From positions 96,001 through 160,000 of the forward strand of contig WJMJ01000046.1 of NCBI GenBank assembly GCA_014728035.1: a stretch of 64,000 nt of DNA, read 5' to 3'. A program made the position numbers and the translations under genes. This stretch comes from Promethearchaeota archaeon (GTDB lineage: Archaea; Asgardarchaeota; Thorarchaeia; Thorarchaeales; Thorarchaeaceae). Numbering within the stretch: position 1 is the first letter of the stretch; each line of letters begins with the position of its first letter. Below are positions 1 through 9,973 of this stretch, piece after piece. The notes below the pieces were generated by a model. It was not told where the DNA came from. It saw only the letters and a list, made by a program, of their open reading frames with translations, and did not search any database.

Positions 1-1026
1 ATATGTATCGATGGAGTACGGCTGATTCCAATAAAACTCATTGATGTGGCTGGATTAGTGCCCGGGGCTCACAAAGGAAGAGGAATGGGAAACAAGTTTC
101 TAGATGATTTACGACAAGCCGATGTACTAATTCATATCGTTGATACAAGTGGAGCTTTGGATTCAGAAGGCCAAGAGGTTGAATCGGGAAGTTATGACCC
201 ATCAGAAGATGTAAAATTTTTAGAAACAGAAATTAACGAATGGATTCTTGGGATTATAGAAAAGGACTGGCGAAGAATAACTGGGAGGATTCGAGCTGAG
301 AAAGTCAAACTAGATGAACTACTTCTGGAAAGGCTTTCAGGATTGAAGATAAACAGAACACATATTCTCCGAGCAATCCGTGTTGCAGATCTAAAAGCGG
401 AGGCAGCTGATAAGTGGGATGATGAGGACTTGCGTAGATTTGTACTGGAGCTTCAAAGAGTAGCGAAGCCAATAATAATTGCAGCAAACAAGATAGATAG
501 GCCAGGAGCTGAAGAGAACTATCAGCGACTGAAAAAAACATTTCCAGAATATTTGGTAATTCCTGTCAGTGCCCTAGCAGAAAAAGTTCTCAAAGATTTA
601 GAAAAGAAAGATATAATCAAGTATATTCCAGGAAATAATGATTTTGAAGTACTCCAAACAGACAAATTAAGTGATGGTGAGATGGGGCAGCTTGACAAGA
701 TTCGAAAACAAATTTTGAAAAAATATGATGGGACTGGTGTGCAAAACGTCTTGAATACTGCTGTATTTGACTATCTCAAAATGATAGCTGTCTATCCAGT
801 ACACGATGCGTCATCTCTTACAGACAGTGAGGGGAATGTATTACCGGATGTATTTCTCATTCCTGAAGGAAGCACCGCAAAAGAATTTGCAGGGCATATC
901 CACACTGACCTCATGGAGGGATTTATCCATGCAATTGATGCCCGAACAAAGATGCGAATCTCTGAAAAACACGTACTCAAAGATGGAGACGTAATTAAGA
1001 TAGTCAGCGCAAAAGGCGCCAAATAG
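1..1026 (+). CDS. ychF: Obg-family YchF-like GTPase/ATPase with C-terminal TGS domain (5' partial)
   Basis: DVAGLVPGAH..GMGNKFLDDLR, NKID motif, TGS-like C-terminus (IHTDL..GFIHA); frame is open from position 1. Confidence 0.9.
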   Translation: MCIDGVRLIPIKLIDVAGLVPGAHKGRGMGNKFLDDLRQADVLIHIVDTSGALDSEGQEVESGSYDPSEDVKFLETEINEWILGIIEKDWRRITGRIRAEKVKLDELLLERLSGLKINRTHILRAIRVADLKAEAADKWDDEDLRRFVLELQRVAKPIIIAANKIDRPGAEENYQRLKKTFPEYLVIPVSALAEKVLKDLEKKDIIKYIPGNNDFEVLQTDKLSDGEMGQLDKIRKQILKKYDGTGVQNVLNTAVFDYLKMIAVYPVHDASSLTDSEGNVLPDVFLIPEGSTAKEFAGHIHTDLMEGFIHAIDARTKMRISEKHVLKDGDVIKIVSAKGAK

Positions 1027-1071
1027 GTATGAAGTGATATTCTGAGGAGACAGAGAATATCACTCATCGGA

Positions 1072-1602
1072 CTACATTCTTTCACCAAGAGACCAGTATT
1101 GACCGGCCAAAGGAAGGTAAGTAAATGCTTTCATTTTTTGTGGATCAAACCGTCCATTTTCCGTAACTGATTCATCCATATGGAAAGCAACAACCTCAGC
1201 AATAAACAGATCATGTACCCCCGGCGAGATTACTTCACGAACTTCGCATTCGAGATTGATGGGACATTCTTCAATCAGAGGGGAGCTTATTTTACTACTT
1301 GGAACTGCGTGAAATCCACACTCTGCAAACTTGTCGATATCTCGACCGGATTTTGTGCCACATAATTTTGCGGCTTCAAATTGCTCCTCTGCGGGTATAT
1401 TCAATACAAAATTACCAGCTTCTTTAACGAGGTCATAACTATATCGCTCAGGACGAATGCCAACCGCAACGCTCGGAGGTTTGCTACAAACATTTGCAAC
1501 CCAAGACAATGTGATAATGTTTGGTTTTAAACCACCTTCAACACTTAGTAAAATCACGGGGCAAGGAATGACTCCAGTTGTGGGTTTGCTCTCAATTTTC
1601 AT
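1072..1602 (-). CDS. Flavin reductase family protein
   Basis: P.PVILLS..PNIITLSW..PP, CGTKSGRDIDKF, GVHDLFIAEV motifs; start moved to the ATG of MKIESK. Confidence 0.85.
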   Translation of the reverse strand: MKIESKPTTGVIPCPVILLSVEGGLKPNIITLSWVANVCSKPPSVAVGIRPERYSYDLVKEAGNFVLNIPAEEQFEAAKLCGTKSGRDIDKFAECGFHAVPSSKISSPLIEECPINLECEVREVISPGVHDLFIAEVVAFHMDESVTENGRFDPQKMKAFTYLPLAGQYWSLGERM

Positions 1603-1703
1603 AGTGTGATAATGAAAAATGGTCACTTATAATTGTCCACGTCGAAGAGCTTAAGACAAAGGGATACAGGTCAAACCACAACTCAACAAGAGGGTTTAAG
1701 CAA

Positions 1704-2615
1704 ATGGCACGAATACTTATTGCTGATCCAATAGCGGAATCCGCCATTGATGAAATCAAAGGCGCTGGTCACGAAGTTGTATTAAGAAACAAAGAGGAGG
1801 ATGGTCCAATAAAAGACCAGCTTCAAGGATTTGATGGTGTTGTGATTAGAAGTGCAACTACAATCTCCAAAGAGGTGCTGGAATCGGTGGACACTCTGAA
1901 GCTTGTCGTACGAGCTGGTGTAGGTCTTGACAATGTTGACCTTGAAGCAGCAAAAGAGCAGAATGTAACTGTTATGAATACACCAGAAGCACCAACAGTT
2001 TCTGTAGCAGAGATGGTAATTGCGTTCATGTTTGCTTTAGGTAGAAGAATCTCAAACGCAGACAGCTCTATGAAAGATGAAAGATGGGAAAAGAAGAAAC
2101 TCAAAGGCACAGAAGTCTGGAAAAAGACCTTGGGTATTATCGGATTTGGAAGGATAGGCTTTGAAGTAGCAAAAAGAGCTCGCGCCTTAGAGATGAATGT
2201 TCTTGCATATGATGTGGTGAACATTGATGAAGATTGCAAAAAGATAGGTGCACAACGATGCGACCTTGAAGAAGTCATTAAAAATGCAGATTATCTTACT
2301 CTTCACGTTCCTCTAATACCCCAGACAAAAGGAATGATTGGAGAGAAAGAGCTCAAAATGATGAAGGAAACTGCATATCTGATAAATACAGCAAGGGGTG
2401 GAGTAGTTGATGAAAAAGCACTCCTCAAAGCTCTTGAAGAGGGCTGGATAGCTGGAGCGGGTCTCGACGTGTATGAGAATGAACCTCCAGAAGATTGGAC
2501 CTTGATTAAACACCCAAAGGTTATAGCAACACCACATGTGTCATCCTCAACAAAAGAGGCACAAGAACGAGTAGGAGAACTTACAGTACAAAAAGTATTG
2601 GACGGTCTTAAATAG
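1704..2615 (+). CDS. D-isomer 2-hydroxyacid dehydrogenase (D-3-phosphoglycerate dehydrogenase-like, no ACT domain)
   Basis: RAGVGLDNVD, GFGRIG, INTARG, LDVYENEP, TPH motifs. Confidence 0.9.
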   Translation: MARILIADPIAESAIDEIKGAGHEVVLRNKEEDGPIKDQLQGFDGVVIRSATTISKEVLESVDTLKLVVRAGVGLDNVDLEAAKEQNVTVMNTPEAPTVSVAEMVIAFMFALGRRISNADSSMKDERWEKKKLKGTEVWKKTLGIIGFGRIGFEVAKRARALEMNVLAYDVVNIDEDCKKIGAQRCDLEEVIKNADYLTLHVPLIPQTKGMIGEKELKMMKETAYLINTARGGVVDEKALLKALEEGWIAGAGLDVYENEPPEDWTLIKHPKVIATPHVSSSTKEAQERVGELTVQKVLDGLK

Positions 2616-2666
2616 CAAAAATAATCCAGAGCGTTACATCTTTAAGTGAACTCCTCTGGCTCTTCA

Positions 2667-2766
2667 ATGGTTCGACCTAAACAGAGGGTCGAATCATACC
2701 ATTCCTTTGTGTTGGCGGATCCGTCCGCACGGGATGTGGCCCATATGGGCTGAACCACAAACAAAG
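2667..2766 (+). promoter_or_regulatory. Structured 5' leader of the eL15 gene (candidate ribosomal-protein leader)
   Basis: Hairpin atggttcgacc/ggtcgaatcat, then a multiloop closed by ctttgt/acaaag containing ccgt/acgg and gccc/gggc stems; TATA-like tttaag at 2641. Confidence 0.6.
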
Positions 2767-2798
2767 TGAATAGATTACTACAAAGGAAGGAATCAATA

Positions 2799-3377
2799 TT
2801 GGCTTACAAATACATGAATGAAGCATGGATTCAGGAACAAAAAGAGCGTTCCGAAAATGTCAGAAGCAGGCTTATTGTATGGCGAAAGCAAGGTAGCATG
2901 GTAAGGTTAGATAAACCTACTAGATTGGGTAGGGCTCGTGAGCTAGGATATCGTGCAAAACAAGGATATGTTATTGTGCGAGTTAAGACAGGAAGAGGCC
3001 CGCGAGAAAAGCCTCGACCAAAGATGGGAAGAAAACCACGAAGCATGGGTGTATCAAAATATACTCCACAGAAATCACGCCGCTGGATTGCAGAAGAACG
3101 AGCAGGAAAGAAATTCCCAAATCTTCGGGTTCTGAATTCATATTGGGTAGGATCAGACCACAAATGGGTCTGGCATGAAGTGATTATGGTGGATCCAAAT
3201 CATCCAGTCATCTATAATGATCCAAAGATCAATTGGATTTGTGACCCAGTTCAAAAAGGACGAGAAAATCGAGGACTCACATCAGCAGGCAAGAGAAGTC
3301 GTGGTTTGAGAAGAAAAGGACGAGGCGCCGAGAAGATTCGTCCCTCACTAGGTGCCAAAGATAATACTGGCAAATAA
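2799..3377 (+). CDS. rpl15e: 50S ribosomal protein eL15
   Basis: AYKY start (TTG), PTRL.RAR.LGY.AKQG, LNSYWVG, RGLTSAG. Confidence 0.97.
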   Translation: MAYKYMNEAWIQEQKERSENVRSRLIVWRKQGSMVRLDKPTRLGRARELGYRAKQGYVIVRVKTGRGPREKPRPKMGRKPRSMGVSKYTPQKSRRWIAEERAGKKFPNLRVLNSYWVGSDHKWVWHEVIMVDPNHPVIYNDPKINWICDPVQKGRENRGLTSAGKRSRGLRRKGRGAEKIRPSLGAKDNTGK

Positions 3378-3404
3378 TGAAAGCAGATAATTCAGGAAAG
3401 TACC

Positions 3405-3863
3405 ATGTCAATACTACGCAAGGTTGAGATTCGAGCTCATGCCCTTGCAACCGAGGTGCCTGAGAGAGTTGAGGAAGCAATCCTCAATCTCTTCCCTGAA
3501 TCTGTTCAAAAAAGCATCACGTTCAATCGTAGTGAAACCGAGGCCCATCATGGGTATCGTATTCTGATTCTTGAAACAAAAATCAAGAAGAAAAAACACT
3601 GCCAGCAAACACTTGTGCATCTTTTAGAAGCTCTAAGTAAATCAGACAAGACATTTCTTATGAAATCAATCCGGTATCGGATAGATGATCGTTGTAAGTT
3701 TTACCTACGAATTGATAAGCAACAAGCCTATCTAGGTAGGGTAGAACTAGCTAAATCCTCGGACATGATAAGAATTCAATTCGATTACATCAATTACACA
3801 GGGTGTGACCCACAAGAAATTATTCACATAATTTCCGACATAATGCATAAAGCGGAGTCGTAA
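3405..3863 (+). CDS. DUF54/RNA-binding exosome-associated protein
   Basis: ATE..ERV..AI.NL, FYLRIDKQ.AY.G motifs; usual position between rpl15e and rnp3. Confidence 0.8.
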   Translation: MSILRKVEIRAHALATEVPERVEEAILNLFPESVQKSITFNRSETEAHHGYRILILETKIKKKKHCQQTLVHLLEALSKSDKTFLMKSIRYRIDDRCKFYLRIDKQQAYLGRVELAKSSDMIRIQFDYINYTGCDPQEIIHIISDIMHKAES

Positions 3864-3866
3864 CGT

Positions 3867-4547
3867 ATGACTACGGATTTGAACATAAGAATCCAAACCC
3901 ATGCAGATATAGCTGAATTCATCGAAATGAGTCAAAAATTAGGATATACTGGTTTTGTAACACGAAAATTCAATTCGCTCATAGAAGAAATGAACGGGAT
4001 TAGGGTTTGTAAAAGAATAAGACTCCAAGGACGAAAACTATCCAAATTGAAAAAGGTTGTAGCAAGTCAAAGATATCAAGCGGTAATCATATCGGCCATA
4101 GTCGGAAATGTTACAATTGCAAATTGGGCAGCAGGGGATTCGCGAGTTGATTTACTTACATTGCCAGAGTCAGGCAAATATAGACTGAAAGAGAGTACAG
4201 CGCGCATAGCTGCAGACACAGGAACTTCACTTGAAGTTATTATTTCACCCTTATTGAAATCCTCAGGACTATCAAGATCAATTATCCTGAAGGGGTATCG
4301 AGATTCGATTCGAACTGCTCTTTCTGCAGGTATGAGGATTGTACTATCGAGTGGAGCAAGAAACCCGTATCAAATGAGGTCACCCAAAGCACTTAGTCAT
4401 ATAGGCTATATTTTAGGACTCGACCAAGCTCAATCAAAAAGAGCAATTCTTGAAACCCCAGACGACATTATTCGATATAATGTTAGAAGACTAGACCGAG
4501 ATATAATAACAAAGGGTTTAGAGGTTAGGAGGATAGAGAATAAGTGA
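3867..4547 (+). CDS. rnp3: RNase P protein Rpp30
   Basis: RVDLL, LSSGA.NPYQMRSP motifs; operon context. Confidence 0.85.
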   Translation: MTTDLNIRIQTHADIAEFIEMSQKLGYTGFVTRKFNSLIEEMNGIRVCKRIRLQGRKLSKLKKVVASQRYQAVIISAIVGNVTIANWAAGDSRVDLLTLPESGKYRLKESTARIAADTGTSLEVIISPLLKSSGLSRSIILKGYRDSIRTALSAGMRIVLSSGARNPYQMRSPKALSHIGYILGLDQAQSKRAILETPDDIIRYNVRRLDRDIITKGLEVRRIENK

Positions 4548-4858
4548 AAACTTCACGAAGAAGACATATCTTATTTCAGATACACTGCAGTGAAAAAATA
4601 TCAGAGGGCGACTGGATAGTTCAAACTATTCGAGAAAACCTACATTCTCTATTTGGTGAAATTGTAGTTGCGGATTCAAAGCTCTATCTTGAAGAGTACT
4701 TGGAGAGTACAGGTAAAGGTATACTTCAATGTGAAGCTGATGTCTTAAGACAGGTTCTTGCTTCAGCAGCTCTAGTTAATGAAATAGGCAAGAGAGAAGT
4801 TTCATTTCAGCCCCTGAAGACATCAGGCACATTGAAGACGCTGCAGTCAAAACTATAA
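4544..4858 (+). CDS. rnp2: RNase P protein Pop5/Rpp14
   Basis: RRRHILF, LFGE, TSGTLK motifs; overlaps rnp3 stop. Confidence 0.85.
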   Translation: MKTSRRRHILFQIHCSEKISEGDWIVQTIRENLHSLFGEIVVADSKLYLEEYLESTGKGILQCEADVLRQVLASAALVNEIGKREVSFQPLKTSGTLKTLQSKL

Positions 4859-5275
4859 TATCACTAATTCAACATTATGGATTTTTCCATTATCGAGAAT
4901 ATATCCACGATAAATCCATGAACCGGTCAAATTGGAGGCAATTATCCAAACAACAGGGTTTAATCGCATATTTGAAATATCAGAAGATGAAGGAAAGGGA
5001 GGAGCAGGATGAGAGTGAAAAATACCCACCAATTCTTCATTATCTCTTTCTGCTGCAAGAAGAAGAGAGTATAATTCTTCAGGGTCAATCCGGAATTGCG
5101 TTTTAGACCGTAGCGTGTTGTTCATATGAACTGCTCGGGTAGCATGAAATCCAGACTCGGTTTCATTACCGAACAATAGTGAAACAGATTCGAAGGGTAA
5201 ATCTTCTTCTGCATGCGATAGTAATAGGTCCAAATCAGATTGTTTCATGCTCAAACTTTTCTTCAAAGCACTCAT
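4853..5275 (-). CDS. JAMM/MPN+ (M67) metalloprotease
   Basis: E..HSHP.PPFPSSSD JAMM motif. Confidence 0.85.
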   Translation of the reverse strand: MSALKKSLSMKQSDLDLLLSHAEEDLPFESVSLLFGNETESGFHATRAVHMNNTLRSKTQFRIDPEELYSLLLAAERDNEELVGIFHSHPAPPFPSSSDISNMRLNPVVWIIASNLTGSWIYRGYILDNGKIHNVELVIL

Positions 5276-5284
5276 CTTCGAAAC

Positions 5285-5737
5285 CTAATAGGGAGTCTTG
5301 ATGTCTTCAAGAACGATACAGGTTTCGACCTCACCTACACCGTCAATATTTCCCAATTTTTTCTCAAGGAATTGTCTAAGCTCGTTCAAGTCATCTACAG
5401 TGACCTTAAGCATAAGACCACAAGCACCATCGAGAAAATATGCTTCATTTACTTCTGCGTAGTCCTTAATCTGTTCTGCTATGAGAGAGGCTTCTTTCAT
5501 TACCGTCTTCACACGAATAAACGCTCTTATTTTCCTTCCAATTTTTAGAGGATCGATGACTACGGTGAACCGTTTAATCACACCAGACTTAATCATCTGC
5601 CGTACACGGCGACGAATCGTTACCTCCGTCATCTTTAGTTCCTTTTCAGTAATTTCGTCAGATATCTCAGAATATGATTTGCGTCCATCTTCCCGTAGTA
5701 GCTCAATGATTTTTCTATCCTTCTCATCTATAGACAT
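5285..5737 (-). CDS. Lrp/AsnC transcriptional regulator
   Basis: IDEKDRKII..L..DGR.SY HTH plus RAM domain. Confidence 0.9.
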   Translation of the reverse strand: MSIDEKDRKIIELLREDGRKSYSEISDEITEKELKMTEVTIRRRVRQMIKSGVIKRFTVVIDPLKIGRKIRAFIRVKTVMKEASLIAEQIKDYAEVNEAYFLDGACGLMLKVTVDDLNELRQFLEKKLGNIDGVGEVETCIVLEDIKTPY

Positions 5738-5903
5738 GCATTCCACCTATTCGAGCTTCGATTCGTAAGCGAAATGTTCAATATCATACATATATAGTCA
5801 TTGCATTATACATTAAGATAATTATTTGATGATTTTCTAAAGAAGACCATCGCGAACCCTTGATTAGTGTCTGTAAAGATAAATAAAGAATACAACTAGA
5901 TCT

Positions 5904-6737
5904 TCAAAGGATACGCAATTGCTCACTTAGAATCCTATCTTCACTTCCAGTCATAACTGCATAGAGCTCAATATGTCCAGTCAGTTGTTCTGCACTCTCA
6001 ATCTTTTTCTCTAACAGCTCTTGAATCTGGAATATTCCCGATGCATTACTCATCGATACCTCTATACGAACTGTGCGGTCTTTTCCGCGATGAATGGTGA
6101 CTCGCTCAATTGCCATAGCAGAAGCAGAGTGAATGTTTACACTTCCAGCCTCGAAGGGGATTCTTGCACGGCCTTTTGTCATGTCAAGCGCGTCAGCAAT
6201 ACCAACAATTCCTGCCTCAATTGTGCTGGGAGAAATCACTTTATCATGTGCTTGAATCGCATGAAGAACATGTCCGCGAACATGAACTTGCTTATGAAGA
6301 TCCTTTGGATATACCTTCGCAAGAATCCGATTTAAGATGGGGAGTGCAATACTTACTGAGAATTCGTGATGTCCCTCTCTATGAACCGACATACCAACAT
6401 CATGTAGATAACAGCCAAGCAATACAATAAGTTGTGCATCCTCAATGGTGCCAGTTTCTTCCTGAACAATGGTGGGAGATACAACATCTGTAAGGATTCG
6501 GAACAGTCTCATACCATTCATTGTTACGATTAGAGAATGAATATGTCCATGGTCAGAATAACCCAATCTGTCTATTGCCATACGATTACTATCTTCAAGT
6601 AAAGTCTGAACCTCAATATCTTCTTCCAATGCATCGAATGCAAGTGTGCAAAGTTCGTTATTCTTAAACATTCTACGAACTCTATCTTTTAATGTGCTCT
6701 TTGATTTGTGAGTCTTTGCCATCAATGGCGCCTCCAT
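5904..6737 (-). CDS. HD-domain phosphohydrolase
   Basis: YSDHG..H, LHDVG, H..ADALDM.KGRAR, IHS.SA. Confidence 0.85.
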   Translation of the reverse strand: MEAPLMAKTHKSKSTLKDRVRRMFKNNELCTLAFDALEEDIEVQTLLEDSNRMAIDRLGYSDHGHIHSLIVTMNGMRLFRILTDVVSPTIVQEETGTIEDAQLIVLLGCYLHDVGMSVHREGHHEFSVSIALPILNRILAKVYPKDLHKQVHVRGHVLHAIQAHDKVISPSTIEAGIVGIADALDMTKGRARIPFEAGSVNIHSASAMAIERVTIHRGKDRTVRIEVSMSNASGIFQIQELLEKKIESAEQLTGHIELYAVMTGSEDRILSEQLRIL

Positions 6738-6851
6738 AATAAGAAAAATGATACTAGCGCCAGCTAATTCTTTTCTCTCTTGTCAGAGGTAATTAGGGAA
6801 ATTACAGTAATAGCCCTTCTGCCTGAGGCACACGACCAAGTAAGATTTACA

Positions 6852-8045
6852 CTAGCGATCATCAGTGATATGCCCACCATAAAGAACATACAAGAAAACA
6901 CATATCAACGGTACAACTAGGCCCAGAAGCATTGCGCTTTGCCAGCCAAATAGTGTATCTATGATACCAGATAGAGGAGCGCCAAGAGCAACACCACCTA
7001 CATTCAAAGCGTAGAATACTCCAGTGGCGATCCCTCTGTTATCCTCATCACTCCTATCTCGAACACTAGCAGCACTGGTAGGAAATACAGTTCCGTGCCC
7101 AAAACCCAAAATGACCATCCCCAAAATACCAAAAAAGAGGTCAAGGGACAAAGAAAGGACAACGAAGGACAAAGCAGTAGTTATCAGTCCTAAGACGGTA
7201 ATCTTTGGTTTTCCAACTTTATCACTTGCTATTCCTGCGGGGTAATGTACCACAAGAGAGGTCAGCACCATAACTGCCAACAGCATCCCTACCTGACCAG
7301 AACCATATCCTACCGACTCCAGAATGATCGCATAAGAAACAGTAATAATTCCAAGATTGAAGAATATCGCTAACACAGCAAAATAAGGAAGTAAAGTCAC
7401 ATTCTTGACTATGGTTTCAGAGAAGATGCTTAGCTCTCTCCGAATAGATGTGGTTTCGACCTTTGGCAAGTATCCCTCCGGCAACGTGGTAGAGAGAAAG
7501 CTGGTGAAAATCAATATTGCAGCGATGGCAAGAAAGAGAGGCTCATAACCGATTTGTTCGGCAAATACACCACCAATACTGAATCCGAGTAGCATAGAGA
7601 ACGCAATTGATATACCATAGAGGGCCATTCCTCGTCCACTTCGTTCACTAGACATATTATCGCTGATGTAAGACATAGTAGAGGGCCCACCAAAACCACC
7701 CCCGATACCATGGACAATACGCGATAACAGAAGAAATAGCGGAGTGCTGGCAAGAAAATAAAGTAACATGGCAACTCCATCTAAAAATATTCCAATAGGC
7801 ACCATTGCCTTTCGTCCAAACTTGTCTACTAGACGTCCCATGAATATGTTGGAGGGGATATGCACCATGGAATAGACCCCCACTATTAGCCCTGCAAGAA
7901 TGGATGTAGCACCAAGACTCACGGAATAATTTGCCATGATGGGGATAACCACGGCACTATCAAAATTCACAAGGAAGGATGCTAGTAGTACCACAATCAA
8001 ATGGCGTCGCTTCAGTATTGTTGAGGCCTTGGATGTCCCGTCCAT
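6852..8045 (-). CDS. MFS transporter
   Basis: About 12 hydrophobic segments, GRLVDKFGRK and ASDKVGK motif A. Confidence 0.9.
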   Translation of the reverse strand: MDGTSKASTILKRRHLIVVLLASFLVNFDSAVVIPIMANYSVSLGATSILAGLIVGVYSMVHIPSNIFMGRLVDKFGRKAMVPIGIFLDGVAMLLYFLASTPLFLLLSRIVHGIGGGFGGPSTMSYISDNMSSERSGRGMALYGISIAFSMLLGFSIGGVFAEQIGYEPLFLAIAAILIFTSFLSTTLPEGYLPKVETTSIRRELSIFSETIVKNVTLLPYFAVLAIFFNLGIITVSYAIILESVGYGSGQVGMLLAVMVLTSLVVHYPAGIASDKVGKPKITVLGLITTALSFVVLSLSLDLFFGILGMVILGFGHGTVFPTSAASVRDRSDEDNRGIATGVFYALNVGGVALGAPLSGIIDTLFGWQSAMLLGLVVPLICVFLYVLYGGHITDDR

Positions 8046-8204
8046 TGCAACTAGTCCCCAGTAGTACGATTATGAATTGAAATCTGATATTTCAATCAAT
8101 CGTATTGAGTCAGATATTGTATTCTTAATAGGTGAGTACACAACAATCAACCACTAAAACAGAACAAATGCTTTGTTTTATTCCTTAAAAGAATGATAGA
8201 CCAA

Positions 8205-8710
8205 TCACATTCCAACAATTTCCTCAGTTACTCTCATAACCTGTCGATATAATCTGACGTTCAGATAGAATCCTGACTTGATCATCTAATCTAAGAGAGT
8301 ACTAAATTCAGACAAATATTCTTCGAGTTAGTACTTGAATATGGATACCGATGGCGCTCAAACAGGGGATGCCAAAAATTTTAGCAGCGGTTCGTCCCAT
8401 CTTATCATCAATTAGAAGTAGCAGTCGCTTCTCCTTTGTCAATAAAATAGCTGCAGCTTCACCAGGATCAATTCCAGCACTGGCAGATAATATGTCAATG
8501 GTACTGTTCTTCATCGGTCTCACTAGACGCCAGCCTTCACCTATTGGGACTTGAATGATAACCGAATCGGGAGATTTCTGGATAACACAGGTCTCTCTGA
8601 ATACCTTGTCCGGAATCAGAATCTCTTGGTAAAGGTTTCGCAGAAGATGAAGTCTTACGACTCTTGCAAGATGAATCAAAGGACTCGCATTACTGACTGC
8701 CCTGTTACCT
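8205..8710 (-). pseudogene. Degraded DUF3368-type PIN-domain toxin
   Basis: AVSNASPLI.L, ID.GEAAAI, LLIDDK.GR; stop at 8308 with the typical C-terminus (SGFYLNVRLYRQV) continuing in another frame; no clear start codon. Confidence 0.7.
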
Positions 8711-9003
8711 CTTAACAAAAGCAAGATCACTCTTCAAATCTTCCTCTCCATAAAGAATCGGAATTGCGGCCTTTTCAGCCTCCCACATCATCACTCTCAA
8801 AGGAACCTCGGCCATCAAAGCAGCGGATCATAAAGATACCGTTCTGTCCCGATATGCCTTTAGTGCGCGGTCCAATAGGAATTGTTGAATTCCATTATCA
8901 AGGGCCCGCTGTATCAACTCTAACCGGTCTATTTGTTCCTCTTTAGCGAGAAGTTCCAGTTTTTTAGCATCTCTTCAGGTAATCGAGCAGTGATGGGCTC
9001 CAT
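8705..9003 (-). pseudogene. Degraded RHH/UPF0175-family antitoxin
   Basis: Manual translation MEPITARLPEEMLK/LELLAKEEQIDR..RAL..Y....VSL*SAA.MAEV..Y.EEDL..DL; needs +1 nt in the A6 run near 8960-8965 and has an internal TGA. Confidence 0.7.
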
Positions 9004-9125
9004 CTATACCGTGTGCAATATATTATTTTATACACATAAAATGGACCATCAGTTCCAATTGTTATGTCTACAGTGCATCATAGATGATCCATAACTCAAA
9101 TATTCAATGAGAAACTAGCTATAGG

Positions 9126-9791
9126 TCATGCAAGATGCAGCAATGCAACTTCTTTCTCCTCAGACAGTTCTTCGACCTCATCAGGAAAGTACCATTTTTT
9201 CAAGAAGTATTTGATAGTGACTTCATCCTGTTCATAGAGTGAAGAACGGAGTTTCCATATGATGGTGTCCTTCTTAATCAAGATACCTTCGGATAATTGA
9301 TCTTGTATTTCCAAGATGATATCCAAAGCCCTGTCAACCGTTCGCCTGTTGACACCTGCACGCCTCGCTATCGCAGACACAGAGAGGTTATCCTCAATCT
9401 CCAAGACCCGATATATTCGCTCTACTACCTCCTCTACCGAGGTCCGTTCTTTGGAGGGGAACAATTCACAAATCTCCTCTTCGGAGATGGGTTCTTCGGC
9501 AGCCTCGAAGAATCGTTTCTGGATATACCATCGTCGAATCTCTTCAGGCAGACGTATCTTGTCCAAGCGGTCTCGGACCCAGACTATTCGTCCAGCCTTC
9601 CCCTTCATCACCCGGATCTGATGCGACGCAAACTCATCCTGCAACCTGACGAAGAAGTTCACTGCACGCTCAATGGCACGCCAATCAATCCCTGTTGATT
9701 CTGCAATGTTATGGATAGTTGTTGGCGATTCTTCTTTGATCTGCTCCAGTGTATTCTTGATGGTTTCTTCGAAGGAGGTTCGTTGGGACAT
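9126..9791 (-). CDS. Protein made of two tandem HTH/wHTH repeats
   Basis: Internal duplication: TIHNIAESTGIDWRAIERAV...IVW vs SVSAIARRAGVNRRTVDRAL...IIW. Confidence 0.75.
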   Translation of the reverse strand: MSQRTSFEETIKNTLEQIKEESPTTIHNIAESTGIDWRAIERAVNFFVRLQDEFASHQIRVMKGKAGRIVWVRDRLDKIRLPEEIRRWYIQKRFFEAAEEPISEEEICELFPSKERTSVEEVVERIYRVLEIEDNLSVSAIARRAGVNRRTVDRALDIILEIQDQLSEGILIKKDTIIWKLRSSLYEQDEVTIKYFLKKWYFPDEVEELSEEKEVALLHLA

Positions 9792-9804
9792 GATAATCAC
9801 ATTC

Positions 9805-9860
9805 AGTTACGTCGGTAGTTACGTCGGTAGTTACGTCGGTAGTTACGTCGGTAGTTACGT
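9805..9860 (+). repeat. Tandem 12-bp repeat (agttacgtcggt) x4 plus a partial fifth copy
   Basis: Exact copies at 9805, 9817, 9829, 9841; partial agttacgt at 9853. Confidence 0.97.
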
Positions 9861-9973
9861 AGTTAAGACTCATTTATGCTTATAATAATTATCATAGTGT
9901 CTATCATATATTTTATACCATAATAATACTGATTATTTTGTTACAATACACAATACTAATATAGTAAATTGAT

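Noticed and set aside
1823-2278. Antisense ORFs (here and e.g. 9297-9698, 10343-10756, 21326-21604)
   Set aside because: Shadow frames of well-supported genes, with no motifs
8830-8832. In-frame TGA in the antitoxin read as selenocysteine or recoding
   Set aside because: The gene also has a frameshift and its partner is broken; decay is the simpler explanation
9805-9860. CRISPR array
   Set aside because: Repeats are 12 bp and contiguous with no spacers; no cas genes in the window
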